64,000 bases of DNA from Tubulanus polymorphus. Its lineage: Eukaryota; Animalia; Nemertea. Positions 61,745 through 64,000 of this stretch are shown one piece after another (the first letter of the stretch is position 1; every line of letters starts with the position of its first letter). The stretch covers positions 9,279,859-9,343,858 of the forward strand of contig NC_134036.1 in assembly GCF_964204645.1 (NCBI RefSeq), given 5' to 3'. The position numbers were made by a program, and so were the translations under genes. The notes under the pieces are model-generated. The model was not told the DNA's origin, made no database searches, and worked only from the letters and a program-made list of their open reading frames with translations.

Positions 61745-64000
61745 TTTTAAGTCTTTTGTTATGTCATTTGTCTTGATTTTTAGTATGTACGCATCAGTAT
61801 TGAAGCAAATTAATGGAAATCCGCAGTTAAATGTACGATCTTCAGTTGATAAATCATAAACATAATCTGTTGGGTTATATATTTCAAATAAATCTTTAAC
61901 TTCTTCAGTTAAATCTTTTTCTGTGTGGCTTAAATTAAAGCAATTTGGTTTAGATTTAATCAATCCAATATTCATATTGAAGCCTAATGAATTACATAAT
62001 ATGTTTAACCCTGATATAGCAACTTTTCCGTTTTGAGCTAAAGATATTGCTGGAGAACTCGTAAATTTTTAGCACCATCTGCTGCGTAGAATCAAATGAA
62101 GAACCATTTTCTTAAATTATCTTTTGCATTTAATACATAATCTGGAACTATCTTTTCTTTTGTTGAAGTATTACTTTTCACTATTGCATGAATATAGAAT
62201 TCATCATTATATTTTATAGCAAAATCTTTAGGATTATTTACAAGTATTCTATTAACTGCTGATGATTTCATAACATCCAGGATTCTAAATGTTTTATGTG
62301 AATAAACTTCTTCACAGAATTTCTTAATTCTTTCTAATAATTTCAAGTCTTGATTGCATAAATACCAACAATATTTATTACCCCAAACATAATTATACAC
62401 ACCTGCTGAACCATCTCCCATAAAAAATCCTTTGATAAAATATTCTTTTTCTTCTAATGTTTCGGGTTCTTTATTATAAATATTATCAATTATTTCATCA
62501 AATGACATATGATTCATTCTTGGGAAAAATCTTTTATGTAATAATTCATCTCCAATTTTTATATCAGTTGGTTTTATTTCATCGCCATTTCGTTTAATTA
62601 AACTATGATCTTCTGTAACATCTACAAACCCTAATTTAGTTCTAACTCTATAGATCTTCTTATTTGTTTTATGCCTAATAATATTCTTTAATTTTTTCCA
62701 TCCATTTCTTGTCCAAACATCCATTAAACCATTTATTTATATCAATTCTTTTTCACCATATGAAATATAACATTCATTTTGTTTTGGAATTATTTCTGAA
62801 ATTCTTCTTATCAATATTTTATCATTACATTTTAATAATATTGGGGTGTCAGCTGTTACAGAATCAAAAAATAATATTTCAATATGCTTTTTCCCAAAAA
62901 GCGGTTGTAAAACATTATAATAAAAATCATACATTAATAATTTTGATACTTCTAAAACAGTTGAACCAATGAATATAGGTTTATTAAATTTCATTGACGT
63001 TCTTTTTAATTTTACTGCTGTTAAATAATCTTCAAATCTTTTATTTCCTAAATGTCTAGGACTTGATTGTAAATGTCTTAATCTTTCAGAATTATTTACT
63101 AATTCAATATCATTTCTATTTCTAATATTTTCACATGTTTTACCATAAAAACTATCATTCATTAATTTGAAGAAATCTTTTTCAAAATCTGTTTTTGATA
63201 TGGTTCTCTGTTGAGTATTGAAATCTATATATTTTTCTAACCACTTCGATTGATTAAATTCAATATATCTATGTACTATCTTCAATTTCATTCCTTTTCT
63301 TCAATTTCATTCCTTGTTATAGATAAAATTTTAACATTCTATGATGAACGATATAATTGTATTTATTATTTTGAGTAAGTATTAATTTTTCTGTAAAAAC
63401 ATGATCTTTCGGTTTTATTTTCTTCTGGTATTCACTTAAATAACTATCATCTACGGTTAAATGTTCTCGGCAATAAGGTAAGTTTCTTGTTTTAAACTTT
63501 AAATCTTCAGGATATTCTAAATCAACTACAAAGAAATAACCAATTGGTGCTTCATCTTTTAAACTCGCAATTGCGCTTTCCCAATCAGTTTTATTATCAT
63601 TTTCAACTTCTGTCAATATAAAATGTTTATATGGTTGAGGTTGCATCATTGCCCAACCATATAAATTATTGGCGTCAATATATAATAATCTATATTCATC
63701 ATTTGCTTTAAAATATCTATCTCCCATAACACCACTAATTCCACCTCTAATTGATTTTTCAAATAATAAAACCATGTCTGGTTCTTTTAATAAATCTAAC
63801 TCTACATTTGTGTATTTTAAACCACATTGCCAGGTTAAACCAGGACTAGAGTAGCAATAACAAGGATCAACATTAAAATGATTCAAATTAACTTCTCTAA
63901 ATTTTTCAAATATGTCAGCCAATATCATAACATCTGATTTTAAATATAAATCAACTAATTCACCATGATTTTTCATCTTAAAATGGTTCCAAATATTTAA
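61745..64000 (-). pseudogene. polB: Divergent pPolB with an intein; C-terminus deleted
   Basis: YIDANNLYGWAM, KLMNDSFYGK, ILFFD|intein|TDAYILKIK; stop and short duplication at ~63280-63319. Confidence 0.9.
61799..62862 (-). mobile_element. Intein (~355 aa) with LAGLIDADG homing endonuclease in PolB motif C
   Basis: Block A SVTADTPILL, block B VDVTEDHSL, LAGLIDADG motifs IKGFFMGDG and FI(*)FYAADG, block F YVYDLST, block G ICFN followed by Thr. 1064 nt with two in-frame stops and one 1-nt deletion. Confidence 0.92.

Larger units (their letters stand above)
60127..64000 (-). mobile_element. Polinton/Maverick-type element, copy 3 (truncated, large internal deletion, continues beyond window)
   Basis: Integrase 3' fragment, ATPase, variable-gene 3' part and polB with intein. 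Confidence 0.92.

Overview
Animal (invertebrate-like) nuclear DNA with spliced host genes and microsatellites, carrying three copies of one Polinton/Maverick (adintovirus-like) endogenous virus family. Copy 1 (<1-17706) is nearly complete: protein-primed PolB, penton, double-jelly-roll MCP, packaging ATPase, DDE integrase with chromodomain, HNH gene and several membrane proteins, but no recognisable adenain protease. Copy 2 (38277-~54708, inverted) is decayed. Copy 3 (60127->64000, inverted) is a deleted mosaic whose divergent PolB carries a ~355-aa LAGLIDADG intein inserted in the catalytic motif C (FFD|TDA), while copies 1 and 2 have the empty allele. This is the standout finding. The family also has long terminal fold-back hairpins with strand-biased G:T wobbles, a 27-bp palindromic in-frame insertion in three unrelated genes of copy 1, a PolB-zinc-finger/HNH-tail chimeric mini-ORF in the terminal repeat, and TAAATG at most gene starts. 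Host DNA between the copies holds a 3-exon secreted WSC-domain gene, a knottin (ICK) peptide gene split by a 4.3-kb CAC...GTG transposon, a Ginger1-like element carrying a USP Cys-box, MITEs, a LINE fragment and simple repeats. All calls come from reading motifs by eye; no searches were run.
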